A DNA stretch of 64,000 nt, taken from a bacterium (lineage in GTDB: Bacteria; Patescibacteriota; Minisyncoccia; Phycocordibacterales; Phycocordibacteraceae). The notes beneath the pieces were generated by a model. It saw only the letters and a list, made by a program, of their open reading frames with translations. It did no database searches and had not been told where the DNA came from. The position numbers and the translations under genes are program-made. This document shows, piece by piece, positions 27,745 to 38,868 of this stretch (position 1 is its first letter; each line of letters begins with the position of its first letter). The stretch is taken from NCBI GenBank assembly GCA_021836725.1, contig JAKBHL010000011.1:94494-158493 (forward strand), in the 5' to 3' direction.

Positions 27745-29667
27745 TTACATCCCGATGAGCACGGGGATCACCATCGGCGCCTTATTCGTTCTGGTAAAGA
27801 GGAATCCGGCGATCACGTCGGTGAGCGTATTCTTCACATAATCGAGGTCGATAGGATTCATATTGCGGGTCGAATCCTCGATCGTCTTCTTGATAAGGAT
27901 GCGCGCTTCATTCAAGAGATTTTGCGATTCACGCAGGTAGATAAAGCCACGGCTGATGATATCGGGCGACTTCCGGAGCTTCCCGGTTTTCAGATTCACG
28001 TTTGCGATGATGACGAACATCCCGTCCTTCGCGAGCGACTGGCGGTCGCGGATGACGACTTCCTGCATGTCGCCGATAGTGAAACCGTCTACCACCATGG
28101 GCGCGGACGGCACGCGCTGCTTATGGATGTTCATTCGTTCTCCGTCCTCGATATCGATGACCGTGCCGTTGTCCGCGATGACGATGTTTTCTTTCGGGAA
28201 TCCGGATTGCTCGACGGCTTTCGCATGGCAGGTCGTCATCGAACGATAGCCGTATCCCGGCATGAAGAACTTCGGGTGCACCTGCTTGTTGATCCAGACA
28301 AGTTCGCCGGTATTGCCGTGACCGGTCGAGTGCACGTCGCTCGAACGGTAGTGGATGAGCGTCACGTTATGGCGGTAGAGATTGTCTTTCAATTTCTGCA
28401 CGGCGATCTCGTTGCCGGGGATGACGGACGAGGAGAGCACGATGGTATCGCGCTCGTTCAGGGTGATGTATTTGTGCTGGCGTGTCGCGATGCGCATAAG
28501 TCCGGCGAATTCCTCGCCCTGCGCGCCGGTCGAGAGGATGACGATCTTGTCAGGCGGATAATTGCCGACATCCTGGGCCTGGATGAATGTCTCCTTGTTG
28601 ACTTTCAGAAGGCCGGTTTTCTCGGCTATCTCGAGGTTGGTTTTTATCGAGCGGCCTTCAAGGACTATTTTCTTGTTGTATTTTTCCGCCGCTTCCATGA
28701 TGTGGATCATGCGTTCGAATTGCGAGGCGAACGTGCCGATGATGAGCCGTCCCGAGACGGTCCGGATGATATCTTCGAGCGTCTGGATGACGCGCACTTC
28801 GGGGATGGAGAAACCGTCTTTCTCGGCGTTGGTCGAGTCTGCAATGAGGAAGATATTCTTGTCTTTGCCGATCTCGCCCCAGGTTTTGAATTCGCGTTCG
28901 GACGGGGTCGTGCCGTCGTGATCGAGTTTCAGGTCGCCCGAGATGACGACGTTGCCATGGGGAGTTTCGATCGAAGCGCCCATTGAATCGGGTATCGAGT
29001 GCGTGACCGGGAAGAATTTCACCCGGGTTGAACCGATCGTCATGCTCTGGCCGGCCGCAACGACGATCATTTCAGATTTCGGCACATCCGGATATTCTTC
29101 CTGCCGGCGGGCGATCATTACCGAGGTGAGATTCTGTGTGTAGATGGGCGGCGTGCCGAAACGCGGGAGAATGAACGGGATGCCGCCGATGTGATCGAGG
29201 TGCCCGTGCGTGATGATGACGCCTTTTACGCGCGCCGCGTTTTTTTCGAGATAGCGCGTGTTGGGGAGGATGTAATCGACGCCCGGGGAGGTGTCTTCGG
29301 AAACGAACTGGAAACCGGCGTCAAAGACGAGGATATCGCCGGTCGCGCCGACTTCGACCGCGATCATGTTGCGGCCGACCTCTTCCGCGCCGCCGAGCGG
29401 GATGATGCGGACGGTATTCGCTCCCGCCGGTTCGGGGAAATAGTCCGCAGTGCGGCTTGCGCGCGCGGGCATCGCGGTCGGGCGGCGCAGGATCCTTTGG
29501 ATGCGCCGCGTCGCGCCGCCCGGACGGGCAGCGCCGCGTCCGGACGGACGCGCCCCCCGCTCGAAACGTTTCGGAGGGCGGTTATGGTTCGATTGCGCAT
29601 CGCGCCTCGGGTTTGATCGCGGATGCGGCGAAGCGGGTGCAGGTGCTGGTGCAGGTGCTGGATTCAT
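27745..29667 (-). CDS. rnj: Ribonuclease J (beta-CASP MBL) with Pro/Ala/Arg-rich low-complexity N-terminal extension (start uncertain)
   Basis: VRIIPLGGAEEVGRNMIAVEV..., ITHGHLDHIGG; (AP)n encoded by tandem GCACCTGCACCA repeats at the 5' end. Confidence 0.88.
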   Translation of the reverse strand: MNPAPAPAPAPASPHPRSNPRRDAQSNHNRPPKRFERGARPSGRGAARPGGATRRIQRILRRPTAMPARASRTADYFPEPAGANTVRIIPLGGAEEVGRNMIAVEVGATGDILVFDAGFQFVSEDTSPGVDYILPNTRYLEKNAARVKGVIITHGHLDHIGGIPFILPRFGTPPIYTQNLTSVMIARRQEEYPDVPKSEMIVVAAGQSMTIGSTRVKFFPVTHSIPDSMGASIETPHGNVVISGDLKLDHDGTTPSEREFKTWGEIGKDKNIFLIADSTNAEKDGFSIPEVRVIQTLEDIIRTVSGRLIIGTFASQFERMIHIMEAAEKYNKKIVLEGRSIKTNLEIAEKTGLLKVNKETFIQAQDVGNYPPDKIVILSTGAQGEEFAGLMRIATRQHKYITLNERDTIVLSSSVIPGNEIAVQKLKDNLYRHNVTLIHYRSSDVHSTGHGNTGELVWINKQVHPKFFMPGYGYRSMTTCHAKAVEQSGFPKENIVIADNGTVIDIEDGERMNIHKQRVPSAPMVVDGFTIGDMQEVVIRDRQSLAKDGMFVIIANVNLKTGKLRKSPDIISRGFIYLRESQNLLNEARILIKKTIEDSTRNMNPIDLDYVKNTLTDVIAGFLFTRTNKAPMVIPVLIGM

Positions 29668-29730
29668 AACGATTGGTTAATTACTCGGGCTTGCAAAATT
29701 AATAAATCAAAGAAACCCGTACGAAAATAG

Positions 29731-31485
29731 CTAGTGTTTCTGTTGCGCGAAGAAAGGCCACACCGCGTCGGTTGCACGGTACCAGCGCGCGACCGTCGCG
29801 AAACGATCCGCAGGGGTCACGATCTGCGGGAGCACGACGCCCTTGAGATCTTTCGGCACCGTGTAGGTGAAATCCGGCGCGTAGATGAACGCCGCAGGAT
29901 AATCCGCAGCAATGGTGTCCTCGATTTTCTGGAGGTCGGCCGCGCGAAGCGCCTGATCGTTGGAACTGCGGGCTTCCTCAAGCAGCGTATCGACGGTCTT
30001 GTTCGCATAGAGCGCGATATTGAGGCCGGGATCATTGCGTTCCTGAGAGTCCCAAAAGGCATAGAGATCCTGATCGCGTCCGACGACCATGCCGTAGAGG
30101 AGCGCCTCATATTTGCGCGGCCGTATGACGTTCTGCGAAAGATCACCCGGTTGGTAAAGCTCGATATTGACCGGAATGCCGAGCTTCTCCCAATAGGTCT
30201 TGACGGCGCTTGCGACGTTCTTCAGTTCCGGCACGTTCGACGTGCGTATGGTGATGGTGCCGAGCGTTTGTTTCGAGCTCGCATTCTTCCAGATGCGCGC
30301 GTTGCCGTCGTACACCCACCCGGCCGCCTCAAGGATCTGCGCGGCCGTTGCGGTCGGATTTTTCGACTCGGGAATGGCCACCTGCTTCACGGATCCTCCG
30401 GGCGGTACCGGCCCCATGATCGCGGTCGCATAACCGTCGAGCACCGACTTGATGATGGCGTTGCGATCAAGCGCGAGCGAGAGCGCTTTGCGTACCTCAA
30501 GACGCGCATAGACAGGGTTCTCGCTCGGATTCCAGAACACGCCGAAGATGCGCGCGTAAGGAGCGGTCAGCGCGCCCTTGCCGCTCACGCCATACGCGCT
30601 CTCGACGGCGCCGCTTGCAAGCGCGCTCGCGAGATCTTCAGTACGCGAATAGAAATTGAAGCGGATGCCGTCGAGGTAGGGTCGGCCGAACACATAGTAC
30701 GGGTTCTCGGCGAGCGACACGCTTTGGATGAGTCCGGAAGCGTCGCGCGAGATGCCCACGATCTTGAACGGCCCGGCTCCCACAGGATTCGTTTCGAGAT
30801 TGGAGAAGGGAAACTCCTCGCTCGAGATATTCTGCCAGAGGTGCGCGGGGAGGATGCCCAGAGTCGTCAATCCGAGAAACGGCTCATACGGTTTCGCGAG
30901 CGTAAAGCGCACGGTACGCTGGTCGACCGCGAGCACGCTCACGCCGGACCAGTCCGCGTACTCCGGGCTTTTGAGCGCGGAGTTCTGCGCCTCGTTCACC
31001 GTGAAGACGACATCGGCCGCCGTGACGGGCGTGCCGTCGGAGAATTTCGCGTCTTTGCGCAAGATGAAGGTGTACGTTTTTCCGTCGGGAGATATCGTGT
31101 AGCTTTTCGCGAGCACCGGCACGAGCGTACCGGTACCCGAGAGGCCCATGAGCCCCGCATAGGTGAGCGCGGAGAGGTCGCGATCGGCGTCGCTGATGGC
31201 AAGAAGGGGGTTGATGAATCGCGGGCTTCCCACCTCGCCCTCAACGAGCGTGCCGCCATAACTGGGTACGCGGACGAGCAGGGATTGTTCAAGCGCGTAC
31301 AGGCTCGAAATCGACGCAATGCCGACGAGGATCGCAAGCAGGTAAAATATGCTGCGATCGCCCGGCGAGGCGGCGCGGACACGTTCTTTCACGAACTCAA
31401 ACGCGCGGACGGTATGTTTCCGCGCAAACCGTTCTCGCAACCGCGCGACGTATTCGCGAGAACGAGAACCGTCCATGCGGGTCAT
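29731..31485 (-). CDS. ABC transporter substrate-binding protein, family 5 (OppA/DppA-like), N-terminally membrane-anchored
   Basis: SBP_bac_5-like length and motifs, N-terminal TM. Confidence 0.8.
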   Translation of the reverse strand: MTRMDGSRSREYVARLRERFARKHTVRAFEFVKERVRAASPGDRSIFYLLAILVGIASISSLYALEQSLLVRVPSYGGTLVEGEVGSPRFINPLLAISDADRDLSALTYAGLMGLSGTGTLVPVLAKSYTISPDGKTYTFILRKDAKFSDGTPVTAADVVFTVNEAQNSALKSPEYADWSGVSVLAVDQRTVRFTLAKPYEPFLGLTTLGILPAHLWQNISSEEFPFSNLETNPVGAGPFKIVGISRDASGLIQSVSLAENPYYVFGRPYLDGIRFNFYSRTEDLASALASGAVESAYGVSGKGALTAPYARIFGVFWNPSENPVYARLEVRKALSLALDRNAIIKSVLDGYATAIMGPVPPGGSVKQVAIPESKNPTATAAQILEAAGWVYDGNARIWKNASSKQTLGTITIRTSNVPELKNVASAVKTYWEKLGIPVNIELYQPGDLSQNVIRPRKYEALLYGMVVGRDQDLYAFWDSQERNDPGLNIALYANKTVDTLLEEARSSNDQALRAADLQKIEDTIAADYPAAFIYAPDFTYTVPKDLKGVVLPQIVTPADRFATVARWYRATDAVWPFFAQQKH

Positions 31486-31742
31486 AATCCCGAAAGAAGG
31501 AAGTTCGCTATGGCCGCGAGTACGAGGATAACCGCAATAGCGATAGTCGCGTTGAATAAAAACTTTTCGGCGCCTCTGCGCTTGTAAAAAGTCGACGCGA
31601 AATTATCGCCTCCGAAGGCTCCCCCGAGGGTCGCGCCGCGCTGTTGGAGCACGATGCCGACGATAAGAAGGATTCCGAGGATGATTTCCGCGTACGGCAA
31701 TGCCGATACGAGTGCCTCCATCTGTGCGTCTGAGGATACCAC
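31482..31742 (-). CDS. secG: Preprotein translocase subunit SecG
   Basis: Two TM helices with GGAFGGDN glycine-rich loop typical of SecG. Confidence 0.75.
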   Translation of the reverse strand: MVSSDAQMEALVSALPYAEIILGILLIVGIVLQQRGATLGGAFGGDNFASTFYKRRGAEKFLFNATIAIAVILVLAAIANFLLSGL

Positions 31743-31763
31743 GGACGGATACGTGCGCGCAAC

Positions 31764-31792
31764 TTGCTTGTGGACGGCGGTTTCTCTATACT
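31764..31792 (+). promoter_or_regulatory. Sigma70-like promoter TTGCTT-17-TATACT upstream of groES (no CIRCE element seen)
   Basis: Hexamers and spacing seen directly. Confidence 0.45.
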
Positions 31793-31839
31793 CTGCCCAC
31801 AGGGCTTAGGGGAGAATTATTCATTTATATATAGGGACT

Positions 31840-32145
31840 ATGGCGAAGAAACTTTCACTGGTGCCGCTTGGCGACCGTATTGTAGTGATGCCCTCTGAGA
31901 AAGAGGGAGAAAAGATGCTCGCTTCCGGCATCATCATTCCGGAGACAGTCGATAAAGAAAAACCAGCTCAAGGGAGCGTGGTCGCGGTCGGCCCGGGCAA
32001 ATACGAGGACGGCAAGCTTCTGCCGATGCAGGTAAAAGTGGGCGATACGGTTCTCTTCAGCAAATACGGCTACGACGAGGTCAAAATCGCAGGACAGGAG
32101 TACTACATCCTCTCGGAATCCGGAGTTTTGGGCGTCTTGAAATAA
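31840..32145 (+). CDS. groES: Co-chaperonin GroES
   Basis: LVPLGDRIVV...mobile loop, 101 aa. Confidence 0.95.
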   Translation: MAKKLSLVPLGDRIVVMPSEKEGEKMLASGIIIPETVDKEKPAQGSVVAVGPGKYEDGKLLPMQVKVGDTVLFSKYGYDEVKIAGQEYYILSESGVLGVLK

Positions 32146-32170
32146 CCGATTACCATCAAATTAAGACTAA

Positions 32171-33817
<1,647 letters not shown>

Positions 33818-33833
33818 ATACGTACCCGTACCG

Positions 33834-33869
33834 AAAACAGCGCGGCACCCGCGGGTGCCGCGCTGTTTT
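33834..33869. terminator. Bidirectional intrinsic terminator between groEL and convergent phosphatase gene
   Basis: AAAACAGCGCGGCACCC-GCGGGTGCCGCGCTGTTTT perfect hairpin with A/T flanks. Confidence 0.8.
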
Positions 33870-33876
33870 CGGTTAT

Positions 33877-34614
33877 CTACTCTCCCGGCGTCTCATTGTA
33901 GCTCAAGACCTCCCAGCCGCGCGTGCTTGAAAAGAGTTTCCATGGATGGAATTCGCACACGGTGATATTTGCATTGTCCGAGGCGTTGAAGAAGGAAAGC
34001 TTCACGTAATCGGCGGCATGGAGGCGCTTGCGGTAAAGAAGGTAGGCGATGAGCATTTTCAGAAAGATGCTGTGCGTCACCACGCAGGTCTCGCGCGCGT
34101 TTTGATTGGAGAGGAACGAAAGCGCCCGCCGCGCCCGTTTTTTCAAGTCTTCAAAATTTTCTTCATCCGAGTAGCGATACGTATCATCGTGGTACGCGCG
34201 GTCCATCTGATCGACGATACGAACGACCCCAGGGTCATCATCGCGTTTGCCGACGATCTCGCTCGGATTCCGGCGTTCCGCCAGAAGCTCAGAGTAACGA
34301 ATTGGCACATTGAGATACTGGTTGATGGTATCCGCAGTTTCTTTTGTGCGTTCGTAAGGGCTTGCGATGATACGGGTGATCGGAAAGCGCACGAGATATC
34401 GCCCGACGCGCTTGCTCTGGAGCCGACCTTTTTCGGAGAGACCGCCTTCCGAGCCTTGGCGGATATGAGCGGCATTCAAGAGTGTTTCGCCGTGACGGAC
34501 GAAATAGAAACGCCGCGGTCGCATAAAAAACAGAATAAGAACGGCAACAAGGACAATCAGCGCCGGCGCAAAGAGCGGTGCAGCTGCAACGAGTAGTATG
34601 TGTGCCGACGGCAT
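33877..34614 (-). CDS. Histidine phosphatase family protein (phosphoglycerate mutase-like), N-terminal TM anchor
   Basis: RHGETLLN catalytic motif. Confidence 0.75.
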   Translation of the reverse strand: MPSAHILLVAAAPLFAPALIVLVAVLILFFMRPRRFYFVRHGETLLNAAHIRQGSEGGLSEKGRLQSKRVGRYLVRFPITRIIASPYERTKETADTINQYLNVPIRYSELLAERRNPSEIVGKRDDDPGVVRIVDQMDRAYHDDTYRYSDEENFEDLKKRARRALSFLSNQNARETCVVTHSIFLKMLIAYLLYRKRLHAADYVKLSFFNASDNANITVCEFHPWKLFSSTRGWEVLSYNETPGE

Positions 34615-34667
34615 GAGGCGTAGTATACCCGATATGTTACACTCGTAAGCATCGTTCCTACTTTCTT

Positions 34668-34841
34668 ATGAGCAGCAAGTCACTCATCTGGGGCGGAATG
34701 TTTGTCGGTTCGACCATCGGCGGCTCATTGCCGTATTTTTGGAACGGCGATTTTTTTTCATACACCATCTGGAGCGCCATCGGCGGTTTCGTCGGCATCT
34801 ATATCGGCTTCAAGCTCGCCAAAATGACCGGCGTACTTTGA
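34668..34841 (+). CDS. Small (57 aa) glycine-zipper membrane protein, hypothetical
   Basis: Read directly: MSSKSLIWGGMFVGSTIGGSLPYFWNGDFFSYTIWSAIGGFVGIYIGFKLAKMTGVL; not in supplied ORF track (<60 aa). Confidence 0.4.
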   Translation: MSSKSLIWGGMFVGSTIGGSLPYFWNGDFFSYTIWSAIGGFVGIYIGFKLAKMTGVL

Positions 34842-34862
34842 GGAAAGAGGAAACTTTAGACC

Positions 34863-35369
34863 TTACCACGTAGAGCAGGCGGGCTCTCCGCTACATATCA
34901 TCCACGCCCACGTCGGACGCACTGGGTCATAAAAGGTTTGGTTCACTGAAGGATAGCTTTCCGGCAGCACATGGTCTAGGAATTTGTAGTTGGTGCCATC
35001 GGAATTGTAAATATACCCGGCACACGATTGCGCCACGAAACTCGGATCAACCGGCAATATCGATATATATGTAGGCGCCAAGTTCGGGATATATCCGGAA
35101 GCACCGGTCAGCGTTCCCGCCAATCCTCCGCAATTACCGACTCCATATCCGTTCCAGCCGCTTGAGACCGGGTACGATCCGTTATGATCGTTTGCGTATA
35201 ACTGCAGTGCCTGCTGGATAGAAAGCATCTCTTCCTTTCTTTGAGCGTCACGGGCTTTTGCGCGTGCAGTATTCAGTGAAACGAGTACCACGGCCGATAA
35301 CAACCCGATAATCGCAATGACGACCAGTAATTCAATAAGAGTAAATCCATTTCGTACCGTCGAATTCAT
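34863..35369 (-). CDS. Type IV pilin-like protein (prepilin N-terminal methylation motif)
   Basis: NGFTLIELLVVIAIIGLLSAVVL class III signal peptide. Confidence 0.85.
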   Translation of the reverse strand: MNSTVRNGFTLIELLVVIAIIGLLSAVVLVSLNTARAKARDAQRKEEMLSIQQALQLYANDHNGSYPVSSGWNGYGVGNCGGLAGTLTGASGYIPNLAPTYISILPVDPSFVAQSCAGYIYNSDGTNYKFLDHVLPESYPSVNQTFYDPVRPTWAWMICSGEPACSTW

Positions 35370-35659
35370 GGAGTCTGAGAATTGAAATGTTCTGCTTGCA
35401 TACGAAGCACATCGGATTGTATCTGACTTGCGGGAGTTGGATTGGATGAACCACTGCCAAAAAATACGACAATGATTATTGCCGACACAATTGCGATAAC
35501 GACAAAACCAAGCATAAAATACTTCGCTTGCTCATCATCTTTCGCTATGTGGTGCCTTACCAACCATGCAGACATTCCTCCGGATGCGTTCGACGTAACG
35601 CCAGAATCTCTTACTGAACCGCCCGTATCCTCCTCATCAAAGACTATCTCCCCACTCAT
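35366..35659 (-). CDS. Small membrane protein, hypothetical (translationally coupled upstream of pilin)
   Basis: Single TM; stop overlaps pilin start. Confidence 0.45.
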   Translation of the reverse strand: MSGEIVFDEEDTGGSVRDSGVTSNASGGMSAWLVRHHIAKDDEQAKYFMLGFVVIAIVSAIIIVVFFGSGSSNPTPASQIQSDVLRMQAEHFNSQTP

Positions 35660-35764
35660 GATTTCAGGATAACAGACCTGGGCAAGACTGCGGCAGTCAG
35701 GGTGGATAGTGACACTATATTATTATTCTGGTAGGGGGAATGCGGATGTACACTATCAAGAACC

Positions 35765-36109
35765 ATGTCTCTGCATATCAAACGGGCATACGAACTTCCG
35801 GCAAAAAGTGACGGCCTGCGGATTCTCGTCGATCGCGTGTGGCCGCGGGGCCTGAGTAAAAAGAAGTTAAAGCTTTATCGGTGGGAGAAAGAACTTGCTC
35901 CCAGCACGGCCTTGCGCAAGTGGTTCGCGCACGATCCGGCGAAGTGGGCCGGATTCAAACGCAGATACAGCACGGAGCTCAAAAGATCGAAATCGCTTAT
36001 CGCGCAGTTGCGTGACCTCGCCCGCTCGCGCACCGTAACGCTCGTGTACGGCGCAAAGGACGAAAAGCACAATCAAGCGGCGGCACTGAAGGAATTCTTG
36101 CGCAGATAG
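35765..36109 (+). CDS. DUF488 (YeaO-like) family protein
   Basis: RILVDRVWPRGLSK...WFAHDP motif typical of DUF488. Confidence 0.75.
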   Translation: MSLHIKRAYELPAKSDGLRILVDRVWPRGLSKKKLKLYRWEKELAPSTALRKWFAHDPAKWAGFKRRYSTELKRSKSLIAQLRDLARSRTVTLVYGAKDEKHNQAAALKEFLRR

Positions 36110-36170
36110 CGGCATATTCGCTGCGTAGGGTTCGGAGACGCAGCCTTATCCGAATCGGAAGTTTCTATGT

Positions 36171-36190
36171 GCCGAGACGGTGGGATTTGG
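36171..36190 (-). repeat. Partial duplicate of the tRNA-Ser 3' end (GCCGAGACGGTGGGATTTGG vs GCGGAGACGGTGGGATTTGA)
   Basis: 17/20 identity, ~130 nt beyond the tRNA 3' end. Confidence 0.5.
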
Positions 36191-36320
36191 TCACACATAA
36201 TTTCCTGCTGGAAATTTGCGCTACCCCGCCTCGCGCCGGCGCGCTCCGGCCTTCAAATCCCCCGAATCTCTTGCAATGATGTTTCACTCAGCCAGCTCCC
36301 AGCTGGCTTCGCGAATCATT

Positions 36321-36408
36321 GCGGAGACGGTGGGATTTGAACCCACGAGGGGATTTCTCCCCTGCCTCATTAGCAGCGAGGTGCTTTCGACCACTCAGCC
36401 ACGTCTCC
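36321..36408 (-). tRNA. tRNA-Ser (anticodon GCU), long variable arm
   Basis: Reverse complement reads GGAGACGTGGCTGAGTGG...CTGCTAA anticodon loop...variable arm...GGTTCAAATCCCACCGTCTCCGC; no encoded CCA. Confidence 0.85.
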
Positions 36409-36429
36409 GTGAGGGACACAGTAGCAAAT

Positions 36430-37071
36430 TTAGTGGGCGAGAGCGAGCGGGATGATAGTGGCGGCGCCGGCCGCCGTAAGCGCGTCGATTGCCGCCTGAA
36501 GCGTGGCGCCGGTGGTGAGGACGTCGTCGAGGAGTATGTACGTGTAGGAAGGATTGATGCCGTGCACGGCTTTAAAGGCGCCGCGCATGTTTTCTTTCCG
36601 CTTCCGGCGGGGGAGAGAGACCTGCGAAGCGGTCTCGCGCGTACGCGCGAGAAGCGCGGTATCGACCGTAAAACCGGAAAGATTTTTTATGGCGCGCACC
36701 GCGATTTCCTCGGCTTGGTTGTAGCCGCGCTCTTTTTGCCGTAGCGCGCCGAGCGGTATGGGCACGATCAGACACTTGCGCGACGGCCACTGGTCATCGT
36801 CGCGCAAATACTCCGTGAGCGCCCCGGCGAGCAAGTGGAAAGCTTTTTCACTCCGGTGGTACTTAGCCTCGTGAACGGCCGCGCGCACAGAAGGAGCGGA
36901 AAAGGGAAGAAGCGCGACAGTTTCCGGCCGCGTTCCTCCTGCCACCTGCGGCGAAAGGAGTGCGAGAAAATCGTCATTTGAAACGTCGCGCAGCGCGGTT
37001 TCGTCCGTGCGCGGTGGGAACAGAATGTCGAGAAGACGCCGCATATCCATGGTAGTATTGTCGCATGTCAT
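36430..37071 (-). CDS. comFC: ComF-family phosphoribosyltransferase-domain competence protein (ComFC-like)
   Basis: PRPP-binding motif ILLDDVLTTGATL at C-terminus. Confidence 0.7.
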   Translation of the reverse strand: MTCDNTTMDMRRLLDILFPPRTDETALRDVSNDDFLALLSPQVAGGTRPETVALLPFSAPSVRAAVHEAKYHRSEKAFHLLAGALTEYLRDDDQWPSRKCLIVPIPLGALRQKERGYNQAEEIAVRAIKNLSGFTVDTALLARTRETASQVSLPRRKRKENMRGAFKAVHGINPSYTYILLDDVLTTGATLQAAIDALTAAGAATIIPLALAH

Positions 37072-38141
37072 TCCTTACCGATCTCTTTGCAAAGAAGAAA
37101 GAAGAGAGCGTACTCGGTATCGATATCGGTTCGTCATCTCTGAAAGTCGTGCAGCTGCGAAAGAAGCAGGGGCAGGTCGTGCTCGAGACGTACGGCGAAC
37201 TCGCGCTCGGTCCCTACGGCGGCGCGGAAGTGGGGCAGGCGATGAACCTCTCCGCCGAACAGGTTACCGAGACACTGAAAGATCTGATACGCGAAGCGAA
37301 AGTGACGACAAAAAGCTGCGGCGTCTCAATACCATTTGCGCGTTCTTTGCTCACGCTCGTTGAGTTGCCGTACCGCAAGAATCCGAAAGAACAAAAGACC
37401 ATCATTGAGCTTGAGGCTCGGAAATACATTCCTGTGCCGATTTCTGAAGTGCAGCTCGATTGGTTTATCGTACCGGAGGAAACTCCTTCGGAGAGCGCCG
37501 CGCCGCGGGACAAGGTTTCCGTGCTGATCGTGGCCGTCCATAACGATGAACTGAAGTTTCTGCAGAGCGTTATCGCGGGAGCGCATCTTGCCGCGAGCTT
37601 TTACGAGATTGAGATCTTCAGCACCATCCGCGCGGCAATCGACGAGCCGGTAAAACCGGTCATGGTGCTCGACATCGGCGCCGCTTCGACAAAGACCTAT
37701 GTGGTCGAGCATGGAGTCGTCGCGCTGTCGCACACCATAAACGCCGGAGGGCAGGACATCACGCGCGCCATCGCGGTTTCAAGCAACGTGTCTCTCGCAC
37801 GCGCTGAAGCACTGAAGAAAGAGGAAGGGCTTGGGACCGGTGCCGCTTCCGAGTCTCCCGAACTCGTCTTTTCGCGCATCTTCTCGGAAGCGCGCCGTGT
37901 CCTCATACAATACGAAACGGCGCACAAGAAATCCATCACCGCGATCGTGCTCACCGGCGGCGGCGGTGTCACCAAAGCGCTCGACGCGTATGCGAAGAGT
38001 ATCTTCTCGATCGACGTGCGCATCGCGAATCCTTTCGCAAAGACCGAAGCGCCCGCTTTCATGCGCCCGGTGCTCGAGGAGATCGGGCCGGAGTTCGCGG
38101 TTGCCGTGGGTCTTGCGCTGCGCAAGCTCGAGGAAGTGTGA
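37065..38141 (+). CDS. pilM: Type IV pilus assembly protein PilM (actin-like ATPase)
   Basis: LGIDIGSSSLKVVQL... actin-fold N-terminus, ~358 aa, followed by PilN/PilO-like genes. Confidence 0.85.
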   Translation: MSFLTDLFAKKKEESVLGIDIGSSSLKVVQLRKKQGQVVLETYGELALGPYGGAEVGQAMNLSAEQVTETLKDLIREAKVTTKSCGVSIPFARSLLTLVELPYRKNPKEQKTIIELEARKYIPVPISEVQLDWFIVPEETPSESAAPRDKVSVLIVAVHNDELKFLQSVIAGAHLAASFYEIEIFSTIRAAIDEPVKPVMVLDIGAASTKTYVVEHGVVALSHTINAGGQDITRAIAVSSNVSLARAEALKKEEGLGTGAASESPELVFSRIFSEARRVLIQYETAHKKSITAIVLTGGGGVTKALDAYAKSIFSIDVRIANPFAKTEAPAFMRPVLEEIGPEFAVAVGLALRKLEEV

Positions 38142-38208
38142 GCGTGGGGAAAGTTTTGCACACGCAGCGCGCTCGGGGCTTGTATGAGTAGCGTATACTG
38201 AAAAGGAA

Positions 38209-38868
38209 ATGGCTCTTCCCCCAACGATACCGACTTCGTTCGTTCCTCACGAGGCGTCCGCATCGGCTCGTCGATTTCGCGCCGATTATTCCGGCGCCTT
38301 CGGTTTCTTCGCTTACGGGCTTCTCGTCATAGCCGTCGTGCTTGCCATCGGCGTCTTCCTCTACGGCCGCATCCTGGTCGCGACGCAGGGCGCAAAGGAC
38401 GCCGAGCTTGCGAAAGCCGAAGCGGGGGTCGATCCGGCGACCGTCGAAAGTTTCATACGATTGCACAATCGCCTCGCGTCGGGAGAGGCGCTCCTGGGGA
38501 ATCACGTCGCGTTCTCGAGATTCTTCACGCTGCTTCAGACCGTCATGCCCACGACCGTCCGTTTCTCTTCGCTGCACCTCTGGTTCGACAGCACCGGGAC
38601 GGCAAATGTCGAAGGCACCGGCGTCGCCAAGAGTTTCAACGCTCTCGCGGCCGCCTCTGCCGATTTCGCGACCGACGGCGGTATAAAGAATGCCATTTTC
38701 TCGAATATCGTCGTGAGCAGCAAGAACAACGCCGTATCTTTCGCGCTGGCCGCAACGCTTAATCCGAAGCTCATTGCCTTTTCGCCGACCGCATCCGCAT
38801 CTGCTTCCACTACCACGGTTCCCGCTTCGGGACTCCCGCAAGGAACGGCGAGCACTACATTGCCATGA
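38209..38868 (+). CDS. pilN: PilN-like bitopic pilus assembly protein
   Basis: Single TM after short cytoplasmic N-terminus; operon context. Confidence 0.6.
   Translation: MALPPTIPTSFVPHEASASARRFRADYSGAFGFFAYGLLVIAVVLAIGVFLYGRILVATQGAKDAELAKAEAGVDPATVESFIRLHNRLASGEALLGNHVAFSRFFTLLQTVMPTTVRFSSLHLWFDSTGTANVEGTGVAKSFNALAAASADFATDGGIKNAIFSNIVVSSKNNAVSFALAATLNPKLIAFSPTASASASTTTVPASGLPQGTASTTLP

Noticed and set aside
27223-28986. 587-aa plus-strand ORF antisense to MFS transporter and RNase J
   Set aside because: Same high-GC antisense artefact; no conserved motifs, overlaps confidently identified genes.
29734-31587. 617-aa plus-strand ORF antisense to the OppA-like SBP and secG
   Set aside because: Antisense artefact; Arg-rich composition.
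36216-36744. Plus-strand ORFs overlapping the tRNA-Ser gene
   Set aside because: They overlap a well-formed tRNA on the opposite strand and have no motifs.
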